Source of the DNA: Eledone cirrhosa
Lineage: Eukaryota
Length of the DNA: 64,000 bases
NCBI GenBank assembly: GCA_964016885.1
Contig: OZ024742.1
Span: 205,902,001 to 205,966,000, forward strand
Reading direction: 5' to 3'
The notes below the pieces were generated by a model, which made no database searches, was not told the DNA's origin, and saw only the letters and a program-made list of their open reading frames with translations. Made by a program: the position numbers and the translations under genes. Shown one piece after another: positions 14,530-26,075 of the stretch (positions within the stretch are counted from its first letter, which is position 1; every line of letters begins with the position of its first letter).

Positions 14530-14710
14530 GTCCACACTGTTAATGTGGTTGGTGTTAGGAAGGGCATCTAGCTGTAAAAAAACCTGCCAGGGACACTTCC
14601 GTACAAGCGAGACACGGTCGCCTGACCATTCCCGCATCAAATGGAACAAAACCGTCTAACCCATGCTAGCGTGGAAGATGGACGTTAAATGATGGTGATG
14701 AGGACGATGA
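14530..14710 (+). mobile_element. RTE-tailed SINE fragment
   Basis: gtggttggtgttaggaagggcatc...cccatgctagcgtggaagatggacgttaaatgatggtgatg, the same 3' end as the RTE LINE. Confidence 0.75.
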
Positions 14711-15189
14711 TATATACATATATATATATATATTTAATACAATAACAGAGATAGTTTAAAGCTAAACTCTGACTGGTAACCATCTCACTCAACAAACATT
14801 AGGTTATATTTAAATATAAACCCAATTTAAGTGTTTGGGGTGCTAACAATATGTATAATGTGGAAAAACCAGTTGTATTATTTTATGAGATATAATTAAA
14901 GTTAAAGTATATCTCTCTTTCCAAACAATTGTTTCATTATAAGTTTTCTACAAGTTGGGAGAATATTTCCAGTTTATGTAGAAGCCTAATATATATTCAT
15001 GTAAGAATATATTTAGGTGGGCGCTTATAAATCATCAGTGGAAGCCCATTAGACTTTGATATAAGAAAGAAATTCTTACCGCAGTCAAAAATCGTGTCTG
15101 TTAAGTTGCTCCTTCTCCTTTTCATACATATATATGCAAAGTAGAAAGTAGGAATGAGGCTAGGACTGTACTATACCAACAGGGAAGTG

Positions 15190-15665
15190 GCCATGCTTTG
15201 TATGAAGAAAAGGAGTTGGTAGGAACCCATACAGTGTACTCAGTGTGAGCAATGGATGCACAATATGTGTAGAGGGATTATGAGTTGGCTGACAAGGGAA
15301 GGTAGATTTATCTGTGACAAGTGCACAATAATAGTCAACCAGGAAATAAACTCCCTCAAATGCTTAGCATCTGCACTAGAAGAAGTAGATAGCTTTTGAT
15401 ATCTAGGTTACTTCATTAGCAGTGGAGGTAGATGTACCAAAAGTGGCGTGGACAGAGTGAAAATGGGATAGAAGAAATTCAGGGAGCTGTTACGTCAGCT
15501 GGAAATAACGAGCTTCTCTCTTAGAGTGAATAGTAGATTATATGATGTTTTTGTTCAAATTGCTATACTACATGGCAGTGAAATGTGGACCATGAGTACA
15601 GAAGATTTGCAAAAGCTGGAAAGGAATGAGGCATGCATGTTCTGCTTGATGTGTAATGTTAGTGT
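15190..15665 (+). pseudogene. Old degenerate RTE ORF fragment (zinc finger to C-terminal RT region)
   Basis: Translation RLYDVFVQIAILHGSEMW...EDLQKLERNEACM aligns to the C-terminal part of the 45008 ORF. Confidence 0.75.
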
Positions 15666-15700
15666 AATGCATCAATTGAGTTTTACTTTGGTTGTTATTA

Positions 15701-15873
15701 ATCGGTAGAGGGTCGGACGCCATGCTTTCCAGCATAGTTACGTCCCTTTACGATCTGAGTTCAAATCCCGCCGAGGTTGACTTTGCCTTTCATCCTTACG
15801 GGGTCGATAAAATAAAGTACCAGTAATGCACTGGGTAATTGCTGGCCTTGTGCCTAAAGTAGAAACAATTATT
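15701..15873 (+). mobile_element. SINE S1 copy inserted in a fold-back MITE-like element (~15667-16002)
   Basis: S1 unit. The flanks atgcatcaattgagttttactttgg (15667) and ccaaagtgaaactcaactggtgcat (~16002) are inverted. Confidence 0.7.
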
Positions 15874-16312
15874 AGTTAGATAACTAATCCATTCATTGGT
15901 TGGTTTAGCAAAACCATTCATTGGTTGGTTGCTAAACCAACTGGTTAATGGAATTTTTATCTCACTAATAATAAAAACCAAAGTGAAACTCAACTGGTGC
16001 ATATGTTTTTATTGATAGCATGACCTTTCCAATGAATAACAGACTTAATTAGGATTTTATCAGAAATTACACTGGTCTACAAGGTTTTTGGTGTTTAGGA
16101 AATAGACATCATTCCTATACAAAATCGGTCTCCTTATTCCAAATATAACCTTCTTTTTGATCTATCAGATCTAGTTTTTAAGTTATTGAACATCCCTATA
16201 GTCACTATGTATGTGTGTACGTCCAGTACGCAGTGTACTTACCTTATTCTAATTCTATTTTTTTTTCTTTTTCCGTACTTTTTAGATGTTGTGGTGAACT
16301 AAGCAATAGAAA

Positions 16313-17482
16313 ATGAGCAAGATGTCCTCTTCAAGAAGGTGTTGCGTTAATTCTCCAAATGTGTTTTGTTATGTTTGTGGAGAATACACATTACCTGAAA
16401 ATCGAAAAAACATCACTGATTTTATTGAAAGAGCATATATGGCATATTTTGGACTCAAGCTGGGAGACCAAGATAAATATTGGGTACCGTATAGTGTCTG
16501 CAAATAATGTACAGAACATTTGCAACAATGGACTAAAGGGACAAGGAAAAGTATGAGGTTTGCTATACCAATGGTATGGCGGGAACCCCATAATCCTGTG
16601 GAGGACTGCTATTTTTGTAACCTAAATTTGAAGAGTATTAACCGGAAAATTCGACAAACGTTTGTCTATCCTAATCTTGCCTCTGCTATTAGACCGGTTC
16701 CACACAGTGAAGAGTTCCCTGTTCCTGTCTTCAATGTCTTGCCTCAGATAACTTTACCCTCAACCAAAGAAGATTCATCACCTGAAGATGACACTACAGA
16801 CTTTACCTCAGCTATTCCCCCATGTAGAGCTTAATGGTCTAGTTCGTAATTGAACCTCCCAAAAATGTCTGCAGAACTGTTGGCTTCTCGACTGAAAGAG
16901 AAGAATCTTCTAGCGAATGGTGTTCATATAACCTTTTATCGTTAGAGTTGCCAATATATTGGAAGAACCTTTAGTTGAGCGAGATAAGATCATTTGCACA
17001 TCAAACTCGGATTGATCAAGCAATTCGTCAAAGCTCTTGACAAAAATGGGGAGTGCTTCAAATATATCTGCAGTGTATTTCCAGTCTTGACGATTGAAAA
17101 ACTTAAAGCAGGGATTTTTGATGGACCACAGATCTGTAAGCTCTTGAAGAACACAAATTTCGTGAAAACGATGAGCGAAAATGAAGCATCAGCTTGGCTA
17201 GCCTTTGCAGAAGTAGTACAAAATTTCCTTGGGAAATACAAAAGTGAAAACTATAAAGACCTTGTTACCAACTTGATATCAACTTTTCGTGATATTGGCA
17301 CGAATATGAGCCCCAAAATGCATTATCTTTTTAGTCATCTTGATCGTTTTTCTGAAAATCTCGGAGATGTTAGCGATGAACAAGGCGAACGATTCCATCA
17401 GGACATCAAGGAGATGGAAACTCGGTACCAAGGATGTTGGCACGCTGTGATGATGGCAGACTACTGCTGGTGTTTAAAATGA
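16313..17482 (+). pseudogene. Disrupted Chapaev3-like transposase
   Basis: Motifs CVNSPNVFCYVCG, LGDQDK.W, PMVWREP, DCYFC, LHIKLGLIKQFVKAL, SDEQGERFHQDI and MMADYCW, split by stops, frameshifts and a deletion. Confidence 0.8.
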
Positions 17483-17642
17483 GATACTCCTGTTGCCCAA
17501 CATTCACGGTGCTCAAAGAAGCGTAAATTTATTCCTTGAATTTTCTGCCAAAAATCTTTGCCAATGTGCATTTTCAATTTTGAATTTTTATTTGTACTTT
17601 GTTTTGTTTTGTATTACGCTCTCTTCATTGACTTATATTATA

Positions 17643-17747
17643 CTATCTGGCCCGTCCGGCTGGCGCCCGGCTAGGTATACTGGCATTTTATCTTTTCAGG
17701 AAACCCCCTTCACTCCAGTGCAAAGATACCGCACGCCCTCTCAGGTC

Positions 17748-17804
<57 letters not shown>

Positions 17805-18916
17805 GTGTGTGTGTGGGGGGGGAGGGGGTTACGTGCTCTGATGTTGGGTTTGAATAGTTTTTAGGATTCCCCAGTTCAACAGCCAGTACGTTAAAGAAAA
17901 TTGATAGTTACAACAATAAAGGCTGAACAGAGAACACAATTTTTAACAAACTTTACAATAATTTGTACAACCATAATGGAAATTCCAAGTAACAGAAAAT
18001 ACATAAATTACATTGTTCGAGCTTCAGAGTATACAATATTTTTTGTTCGGCCCTCGGGAGCAAAGATGAAGAGATTGTTTGGCGAGCTCACCCTAGAACA
18101 TCCTACATACAATTGACCATGGGAGAAGCATGGTTTTCCCAGATGAAGGGCAGCCACTTTTAGGGTTTGACCCTGAACTTTGTTGATGGTAAACGCGAAG
18201 CTTAGTCTCTCTGTTGCTCTAGTAACATTTTGTCTTCTGGAAAATCTGATCTTGAGGCAAGGCTGAGACGTTTTGGGTGGCATATCGACAGTAACAATGA
18301 TGATAAGCCGTCTGTGCTTTCGTGAAATAAATACGTTTGTTTATATTTTGTTTTTATGTATGCAAAAATATCTGTACATGAATATATAATTATATATATA
18401 TTAAAATAACAGATTAAAGTTTAAGCAAAGAATCGCTGCTTTCACCCTTAACGGGATCTTCTGAAACTAAAAAAATCAATCTGTGAACGCAGAAGTAAAT
18501 ATTTCGAAAAACGTTACAGGGCGTGAGGTATCTTTGCACTGAATTAATTAAAATTTGGTTAGAAGCGAAGTCAATGCAGACAGGCAGCCAGACAGACAGA
18601 TATTATAAGCGTGTAACGTTATAGCTATGTATCTAATGCAGAAAGCCAGACATACAGAGACATATTATAAGGGCGCGATGTTATAGCTATGTATCTATCT
18701 AAAAAGACAGACTAAGAAAGATAGAGGAATGTCGTATAACCGGAAGTGTTGACATATGAAAACTTTAAAGAAGTGAATATTTAAATAAACGATAAAATAT
18801 CTTTAATCTTTTAACGAAATTTAGAAGACAAAAATACTCTCACTTTCTTACTTAGAAAAAGTTACATCTATGGTGCTTTTAGGTCCAGCCGTTTGGCGTC
18901 AGCTTTATAATATAGA
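17643..18916 (-). mobile_element. Non-autonomous Helitron H1 with PIF1-like helicase C-terminal remnant (18008-~18205)
   Basis: Minus-strand 5' TCTATATTATAAAG at 18916, GC hairpin near the left end, inserted at A|T. Translation FAFTINKVQGQTL...PCFSHGQLYVGCSRV. Confidence 0.8.
18402..18520 (-). mobile_element. Fragment of Penelope family A pLTR with hammerhead-like motif (18418-18468)
   Basis: Near-identical to 22203-22320. Confidence 0.8.
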
Positions 18917-19693
18917 TGCCCCTTGTATGAATAAAATGCTTACTCTATCTAGTGTAGTCAGAAAACTAGATTTGATAGAGAAAAGCTAAAGTTATCTTTG
19001 AATTTAGCAAGCAAAATGACTTAAGAATCCGTTAAAATACTCTAGGCACCAGACAAAAGAAAATCTTTTTTTGTTGTCCAGTGTTATATTTCTTTTAAAT
19101 TATCACAAATCCGCATATGAGCGCAAATATTTTACATATCACTGTTATGTCCAACTCAATTGATTGAAGTTAATGGCATGAATAAACTGAAAATATTCTA
19201 GAAGATAACCCTAGGCTAGGCTGCTTAATGTGGTTTATGTCTGAAAGGAATCAATTGAGTTGAATTTGTAACAAAATGAATGAAGGAAAGAAAAGTTTAA
19301 TAAAGAAAAAAATTTGTTCTGCGACTTGTAAAGTAGGGGGAATGTCTGTTTGGTTTTCTCAAAGGCATTAGCAATATATGTGAAATGAATTATTTCTAAC
19401 TAGGAATTGAAACTTAATTACAGCTTAACAGGAGAAAGATAACAGTTAGAAAAGATCTTGTAAATGATTGATATAAATATTAGCAGCAATAGTAGTAGTA
19501 ATAGCAACTACAGCAGTATAACAACAGAACCTGAACATTCACTTGATTCACAAACAGCAGCTGCATTAGTAGAAGCAGCTTTCTCAACATTATAGGTTAG
19601 CACCATTATATATTGTATGTATATATATACACATAAATATATATATATACACATGTGCATAGACATACACATATGCATATGTATACTTAAACG

Positions 19694-19725
<32 letters not shown>

Positions 19726-20277
19726 TATATATATATATATACACACTAGCAGCAGGACCCGGCATTGCACGGGGGAGGAAACGTGAAATAGCAACACGCA
19801 TATGCAAAGATTGAGGAATGTAGCTGTGTACTTTTTGAATTCCCTTATTCTCAGGGAATGATTGTTCATCTACTGGAAACGTAGAACACCAGCAGGCCCG
19901 AATCCTGAAACATCTGCATACATGTGCAAAATCTGAAAAAATCAGCTGGATACTCTTTAAAGGTACTAAATCTTAGAGTATGATTTTTCTTCCATTTGGA
20001 GAAAATCGGTTAGGTACTTTTCGAGTTTTATAGATTCGCACCCAGTCATTCGGACAGACATCATCAGTTATGTCTATTGCACCTGCAGGATTACTGTACA
20101 GAGTAAAGACTGCAATGCTTGAGTAAGACATATCATGCAACCGCACAGCATGTTGGGCCTTCCCCACAGGAGAACATAGCCTCTTCGTAAATCTACCCAA
20201 TCTGATATAGACCGAACTGTTATATCTGATGCCGAACGCTTCGGAGTTACTATTGGGGTCATCATCAACAATTTCAA

Positions 20278-20336
20278 GTGGGGGCCCTAAAAAGGGCCTT
20301 ATGTGCGTTCAGATGTAGCCCTTAAAAGGACTTTGT
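20278..20336 (-). promoter_or_regulatory. Two histone-mRNA-type 3' stem-loop motifs in Helitron H2
   Basis: Minus strand AA-GGCCCT-TTTT-AGGGCC-CCCA (20283-20298) and CAA-AGTCCT-TTTA-AGGGCT-ACA (20317-20332). Both are 6-bp stems with a 4-nt U-rich loop. Confidence 0.6.
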
Positions 20337-20653
20337 TCACTGGCAGCCCTTAAAAAGAAATTGGTTGCTTTCCCTGGCAGCCCATAGAATAACTCTGTAT
20401 ACGTTCAGAATTTGTTCATATACCTTAAATTGTCGCGCCAATTGTCAACCAATGGAGGGTTTCTTCTCTGCAGGTGTTCACCTTAAACCAAAGGAAACAG
20501 ACGTTTTGTTAAGAAACAAAAGTAAAAGTAAACCAGGCTTGTTAAAGAAATGGCGATAACGTACCTACCTCCTCGCTGTTGCGCTTATAACACTGTTATA
20601 TCGGATGCTGAACGCTTTGGAGTTAACACCGGGGTCGCCGTCAACAATTTCAA

Positions 20654-20712
20654 GTGGAGGCCCTAAAAAGGACCGTATGCGCGTCCACTTGTAGCCCTTA
20701 AAAGGACTTTGA
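20654..20712 (-). promoter_or_regulatory. Two further histone-type stem-loop motifs in Helitron H2
   Basis: AC-GGTCCT-TTTT-AGGGCC-TCCA (20659-20674) and CAA-AGTCCT-TTTA-AGGGCT-ACAA (20693-20708). Confidence 0.6.
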
Positions 20713-21758
20713 ATGCGTTCACTGACAATCCTTAAAGAGATTTTGTTTGCATTCTCTGGCAGCCCTAAATGTATGTCGTATGTCTGTTCACGAATTACGT
20801 CATGGATGGGGAACACATGTCAGTCTGAATGTGCGACGTAGTCAATTGTGTGAAAACCAAGTAGGGATGTACGTTTAAGTAGGGATATTGAGATGCTGAA
20901 ATCAGCGTGGAAACGTAGCTGCAGCAGAAGGGGATCATAGTGCAATTAGCACAAATGCTGGGCGGCACTAGTTGCACTGCGTTTACACAGCAACAAAGTT
21001 GCGACAAAAGAAGGCACCACGGAATTAGCACAACCACTGTTCGGTGTGCTTGCGCAGGGCGTTCATACTGCAGTGTAGGTGCAGCAAAAGGGGTCTTAGT
21101 AGAAGTAGCACAGATGTGAGTTTTACGGTGTCAATAACACGGCAACGTACACAGGACCCGGATTTGCGCGTGATGAAAGCACGAAGCGTCAACAGAGCAC
21201 CGACAAAAATTTTAAGGTCCTCCTCATTTCCTCAATCCCTGAAAATGGTTCTGCATAAGAGTAAGTAAGTGTTGTGTCCTCTGTTAAATAAACCAAATTT
21301 TTAACGAAATATTATACGCTACATACGATGTTTAAGTAGCGTTTATATTGAAAATGAAAATGACATGTAATGCCCAATGTTAATTCATAAATATCCTAGA
21401 AATCACTGATGGAATCGGAAATTTTTTTCCCTCACTGCAATGGAAGGGGACTAACTAATGTGTGCTGCAAATTTCGAGGAAATCGGCTGGATTATCTTTA
21501 ATTTACTCCCCAAAAGAGCCTAAAAATGCCTTTAAAATGCGTTTTTTGCCTAGGGTAGAAAAAGTTATTATTTTTTAGCCCATTGCACTTTAAGAAATAT
21601 AAGTAATGCATGTGTAAAGTTTTGAAAAAATCGTTCCGGTACTTATCGAGTTTTATGGATTTACACAGACAGACATCCTCTATTATATATATATATATAT
21701 ATATATTATAATGAAATGACAGGAGGCTGGATTTATGTAAATCCTTGAAAGGTTTATT

Positions 21759-21816
21759 ATACTATGATCATTTCAATGACCGGGTTCCGTATGAATCCGG
21801 TGACATCATCAGGTAT
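21759..21816 (-). ncRNA. Type I hammerhead ribozyme motif in a short (TA)n-embedded element (~21708-22050)
   Basis: ATAC CTGATGA T GTCACCGG...CCGGTCATT GAAA TGATCA TA GTAT followed by AATAAA. Stem I is ATAC/GTAT and stem III is the palindrome ATGATCAT. Confidence 0.7.
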
Positions 21817-22050
21817 TCGAAATATAATACGTGAATGTATTAGATAAAATCCATGGGGCTGAAAATCGAGGACCCGAGGGTGACCGCTATTCTGTTCCTT
21901 CAACCTCAGCCGGTCGCCCGGATATGTTGGTATTTGTGTTTATCAAATATATTAATTTATATTAACTTGTATTACACGGCTCAGAAATACTTCTTTCTTT
22001 GAGGTATTTCATTGTAAAGGACTGCCTGAGTTTTGAACTCATTATTAATA

Positions 22051-22112
<62 letters not shown>

Positions 22113-22218
22113 ATAATAATAAAATTGAAGACTAAAATCCAAAGAGGGCTCGATAAGGAAAATATATATCAAATATATAAGAACCGTAGAGCAAATATTT
22201 ATTAAAATAACAGATTAA

Positions 22219-22269
22219 AGTTTAAGCAAAGAATCGCTGCTTTCACCCTTAACGGGATCTTCTGAAACT
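22219..22269 (-). ncRNA. Variant type I hammerhead motif (CAGAAGA core) in family A pLTR
   Basis: AGTTT CAGAAGA TCCC GTTAA GGGT GAAA GCA-9nt-TGC T T AAACT, followed by AATAAA. All three stems can form. Confidence 0.6.
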
Positions 22270-23196
22270 AACAAAGTCAATCTGTAAACGCAGAACTGGA
22301 TATTTCAAAAAACGTTGCAACCGGAGGAAGACAGGAAGACGATATTTTGGTTCGTGGAAACGTTCGCTGGCAAAGAACGTGAAAAAACGAATAATACGTC
22401 ATTAATAGGAGCGGTGAAAAACAATTACGCGCAAAGACAGAACCACGTTTATGGTATAAAAGAGGTCGTAGACTAATGTTCTCTTAGGTGGTGCATAGAG
22501 ACGTTCTCTGGCAATGAACGAAAAAACGAAGATAATAAGTCATATGTGGAGCGTGGAGAACAAAGCACGCAAAGACAAAACCACGTAAATGGTATAGCAG
22601 AAGTCGTAGACTAAAATTCTAACTAGGAGACCAAATGAATCTCCGCTACAGAGTTAAGAACAAAGTAAATAAATACAATACAGAAGTAATAGAAACAAAT
22701 AAAAACATACACGCAAACAGATACGTACATACACAAGCATACGCAAAACCTTACCATAGGTATACAAAACCACGCACATATAAATATGTGTGTGTGTGTA
22801 TGCTTGTGTACAAATAAATAAATAATTATATAAACGTATATAAGTAAATAAATACGTATATAACAAACGCACACACATACCTACAAATAAATAGACGAAT
22901 GTTCGGGGACGTAAGTCAACTAAAACAAGAAGTACACATATACACACACCCACCATACGTACGAACCTGCATACTCACGCAGACGCACAACTCCCGTATA
23001 CACATAGCCAAACCCTAAATACCAGAATATGTAAAAATTATACGTCATAACAGTCAAATATACGTACGAGAAGGTATACATACCTTCACAAAACATACGG
23101 GTAATATATACTTACCTATGCAAATAAGTAAAGGAATAAACAAAACATATACTTAGCTCCCACATCAAGACGTAAAATATCCACGTATAGATCGTG

Positions 23197-24378
23197 CTAT
23201 CCGTTAGGGTATAACGTGGGGCTGTAATACAGGAAAGTTTTGTGCAATTTATGTTTACAAGCCGAAATTGCCTCAGATTTTTTGTTTAAGATGTGGTCTG
23301 TGGCGTAGAGTATTTCCAGGGCCTCAGCGGCGCAGAGGTCACATGGTCTTTTATTTCCGTAATACGATCTAGCCCTAGCTAGGATCTCCCAGTGTAACTT
23401 ATATTGGGTGTGGTTGTCTTTTAGACTCCAGATATAAGCTGAAAGTGACGTCATATTCCTTCTTAGAGGGTAACGAAAAGAATGGGTATGCATGTAAAGA
23501 CGCTGCTTGAAACTATTGGCGGTTAACCCTATGTAGGCCCTACGGGACGTGGGTGTTACAACCTTACATTTGTAGACAATGTTACTAGAGAGGCATTTCC
23601 CGGATAGGGGGCAATCAGCCCGATTCCTACAATTACAGTTAGTACTAACTACAGGGTTGCACGTGTTCCTACGGCTAGGTAGTTTAGCTAAATTTGAAGC
23701 TGTGATGTTATGTGCAAGGTTAGGAGTCGTAGAGTAAGAAATTTTAATAGTATTTCTATTAAAAAGTTTACTATATTTATGTGTAGGGGGAAAATGCTTC
23801 GTAATAAGGGAAAGAAAGATCTTAGCTAATGGTGTGGCCACCTCCATATTATATGGTGGGTTAAACCAACAAATGCGACGGGATCTATTTCTTCTAGGTC
23901 TATTTTCGTACTCTGTATAAGCTACTTTAACGACAAATCCACTTCGAGCAAGAGCTTCATTGTAATAAGTGGAATGGTCGTTGAAAATGCGCTCGTTGGT
24001 GGAAAGACGGGAAAGCCTCAACGAAACGTTTTTTACCAGGTTCTTGGTTATGCTGGCAGGATGGTTGGAATGCTTACTTATGTAATTAAGCGTATCATTC
24101 GGCTTTCTATACGGGTAATACAACCCCTTCAATAAATTGAGGGTAACGTCGAGGTAATTAACGACCGAGAGATTGGCCTCAACCTGTATAGAGAGGTTGA
24201 AGCCTTTAAAGAAGGCTGTGAGTTCTTTTCTGAACCTGTCGCAAGCACGAGGTCCGCACTTAGTCATGGTCAAAAGACCATCGTCACGGTACAAACCACC
24301 GCCCGCGTTGGGGAATTCGTCCTTGATAGAGAAAAGGAGGAAAAGGCCAATAAGTTCAGTAACTCCGCAGTTCTCCAA
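23197..24378 (-). CDS. Truncated PLE polyprotein: RT C-terminal half (YRDD), CxCx5C linker, GIY-YIG endonuclease; probably Hydra-clade-like
   Basis: GLYRDDGL, YLDVTLNL, WFNPPY, CNCRNRADC, IVYKC...YIGLT...FKQR...H. The first ~13 aa of the ORF track come from the inverted pLTR. Confidence 0.85.
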   Translation of the reverse strand: MENCGVTELIGLFLLFSIKDEFPNAGGGLYRDDGLLTMTKCGPRACDRFRKELTAFFKGFNLSIQVEANLSVVNYLDVTLNLLKGLYYPYRKPNDTLNYISKHSNHPASITKNLVKNVSLRLSRLSTNERIFNDHSTYYNEALARSGFVVKVAYTEYENRPRRNRSRRICWFNPPYNMEVATPLAKIFLSLITKHFPPTHKYSKLFNRNTIKISYSTTPNLAHNITASNLAKLPSRRNTCNPVVSTNCNCRNRADCPLSGKCLSSNIVYKCKVVTPTSRRAYIGLTANSFKQRLYMHTHSFRYPLRRNMTSLSAYIWSLKDNHTQYKLHWEILARARSYYGNKRPCDLCAAEALEILYATDHILNKKSEAISACKHKLHKTFLYYSPTLYPNG

Positions 24379-24660
24379 GCTCCACATATGACTTATTATC
24401 TTCGTTTTTTCGTTCATTGCCAGAGAACGTCTCTATGCACCACCTAAGAGAACATTAGTCTACAGCCTCTTTTATACCATAAACGTGGTTCTGTCTTTGC
24501 ACGTAATTGTTTTTCACTGCTCCTATTAATGACGTATTATTCGTTTTTCACGTTCTTTGCCAGCGAACGTTTCCACGAACCAAAGTATCGTCTTCCTGTC
24601 TTCCTCCGGTTGCAACGTTTTTTGAAATATCCAGTTCTGCGTTTACAGATTGACTTTGTT

Positions 24661-24711
24661 AGTTTCAGAAGATCCCGTTAAGGGTGAAAGCAGCGATTCT
24701 TTGCTTAAACT
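24661..24711 (+). ncRNA. Variant hammerhead motif in the inverted family A pLTR
   Basis: Identical to the reverse complement of 22219-22269. Confidence 0.6.
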
Positions 24712-24734
24712 TTAATCTGTTATTTTAATAAATA

Positions 24735-24767
<33 letters not shown>

Positions 24768-24822
24768 ATGTATGTGTATATATGTATATATGTGTATAGT
24801 GATATATGTATATATGTGTTGG

Positions 24823-24945
24823 TGAAGGCGTGTAGCTAAGGGGTTAGAGAATTGGATTCACAATGTTAGGTTGTGAGTTCGATTCCTGGACCGGGCGATG
24901 CGTTATGTTCTTGGGCAAGACACTTTATTTCACGTTGCTCCTTCT
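24823..24945 (+). mobile_element. tRNA-headed CORE-like SINE (5' part)
   Basis: ggcgtgtagctaaggggttag...gagttcgattcc (B box)...ttcttgggcaagacacttt. Confidence 0.7.
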
Positions 24946-25065
24946 ACCTGGAGTTGCGACCGATAGATAGTACTAGCAACTGGAAAGACCAACGGAAACA
25001 TTGTTTCAGTCCGATTTGACGAAAGTCGATCGATCCTAAAAAAAATATATATATATATATATATA

Positions 25066-25920
25066 CAAAATTAAGATAAATCAAAATGAATTTAATCTAA
25101 ATCAAAATTATGGGTGTCATGCCAGAAAGACATGCGCCATATCACCCGTAAAATAAGCTCTAAGATTCTAATGAATAGGTCCGAGCATTTTATAACAACT
25201 AGAAATTGATTAACATATAAATGAACATATGAAACAATCACAGGGGATAATTTGTACAAGTGTGTAAGCACACATAGCTAGGTAGGTAACTAAATAAAGT
25301 TAACTAGAACTTCAAAATAGATACCTTATAATATGATTAATCTTCCTTGTATATATTCCATTAAAGAAATATATTTCACCAATTAATCGATTGGTAAACG
25401 ACAAAGGCCGGTACTTGGATTCTCAACACGGAAGAAGTCCAGCGATCTGTGTTTACGCATTAAGTTCAAATCAGCGACACGTGCTGTATCTACTAGAAAT
25501 ACACACATCATACCAGCTTCGTCCAAGTGAAAGGACTTGACTGCTGTTTCTAGTTGTCGATAACCCTATTCACGCCACTGGGACGAAGCTGGTATGATGC
25601 GTGTATTTCTAGTAGATACAACACGTGTTACTGGCCAGTCGCTGATTTGAAATTAATGCGTAAACACAGATCTCTAGACTTCTTCCTTGTTGAGAATCCA
25701 AGTACCGGCCTCCGTCGTTTACCATCGATTAATTGGTGAAATATATTTCTTTAATGGAATATATACAAGGAATATTAATCATATTATAAGGTATCTATTT
25801 TTGAAGTTCTAGTTAACTTTATTTAGTTACCTACCTAGCTATGTGTGATTACACACTTGTACAAATTATCCCCTGTGATTGTTTCATATGTTTATTTATA
25901 TGTTAATCAATTTCTAGTTT
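25066..25920. mobile_element. (TA)n-flanked fold-back element (family E), ~335-bp inverted arms
   Basis: 25197-25530 is the reverse complement of 25577-25920, with (TA)n on both sides. Confidence 0.75.
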
Positions 25921-25992
25921 TTATATATATATATATATGTATGTATATTTATGTGTATATATGTATATATGTGTATATATATATGTGTATAT

Positions 25993-26063
<71 letters not shown>

Positions 26064-26075
26064 ATATATATATAT

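Larger units (their letters stand above)
16070..19083 (+). mobile_element. Chapaev3-type (CMC superfamily) DNA transposon, decayed, with a nested Helitron
   Basis: Termini CACTGGTCTACAA ... TTGTTGTCCAGTG, flanked by TTA on both sides (16067-69, 19084-86). Transposase remnants lie inside. Confidence 0.8.
19746..21695 (-). mobile_element. Non-autonomous Helitron H2
   Basis: CTAG at 19746 next to hairpin cccggcattgcacggg. The other end has cagacagacatcc...tatata, like the 5' ends of the other Helitrons in the window. Confidence 0.75.
22110..24733 (-). mobile_element. Penelope-like retroelement family A, 5'-truncated, with inverted pLTR (22197-22552 vs 24378-24733), inserted in (TA)n
   Basis: RT-GIY-YIG ORF plus a ~355-bp inverted copy of the 3' end at the truncation point. 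(TA)n on both sides. Confidence 0.9.

Noticed and set aside
14028-14659. ORFs rich in YI/CV/HT repeats here and elsewhere (e.g. 26799, 32931, 50898)
   Set aside because: Translations of (TA)n and (CA)n microsatellites
15000-15045. CTGATGA on the minus strand as a hammerhead core
   Set aside because: No following stem II or GAAA
20278-20712. Histone gene cluster
   Set aside because: No histone-like ORF upstream of any stem-loop; the motifs lie inside Helitron termini
24823-24895. tRNA gene
   Set aside because: The tRNA-like head runs into a CORE-like SINE body and the cloverleaf is degenerate
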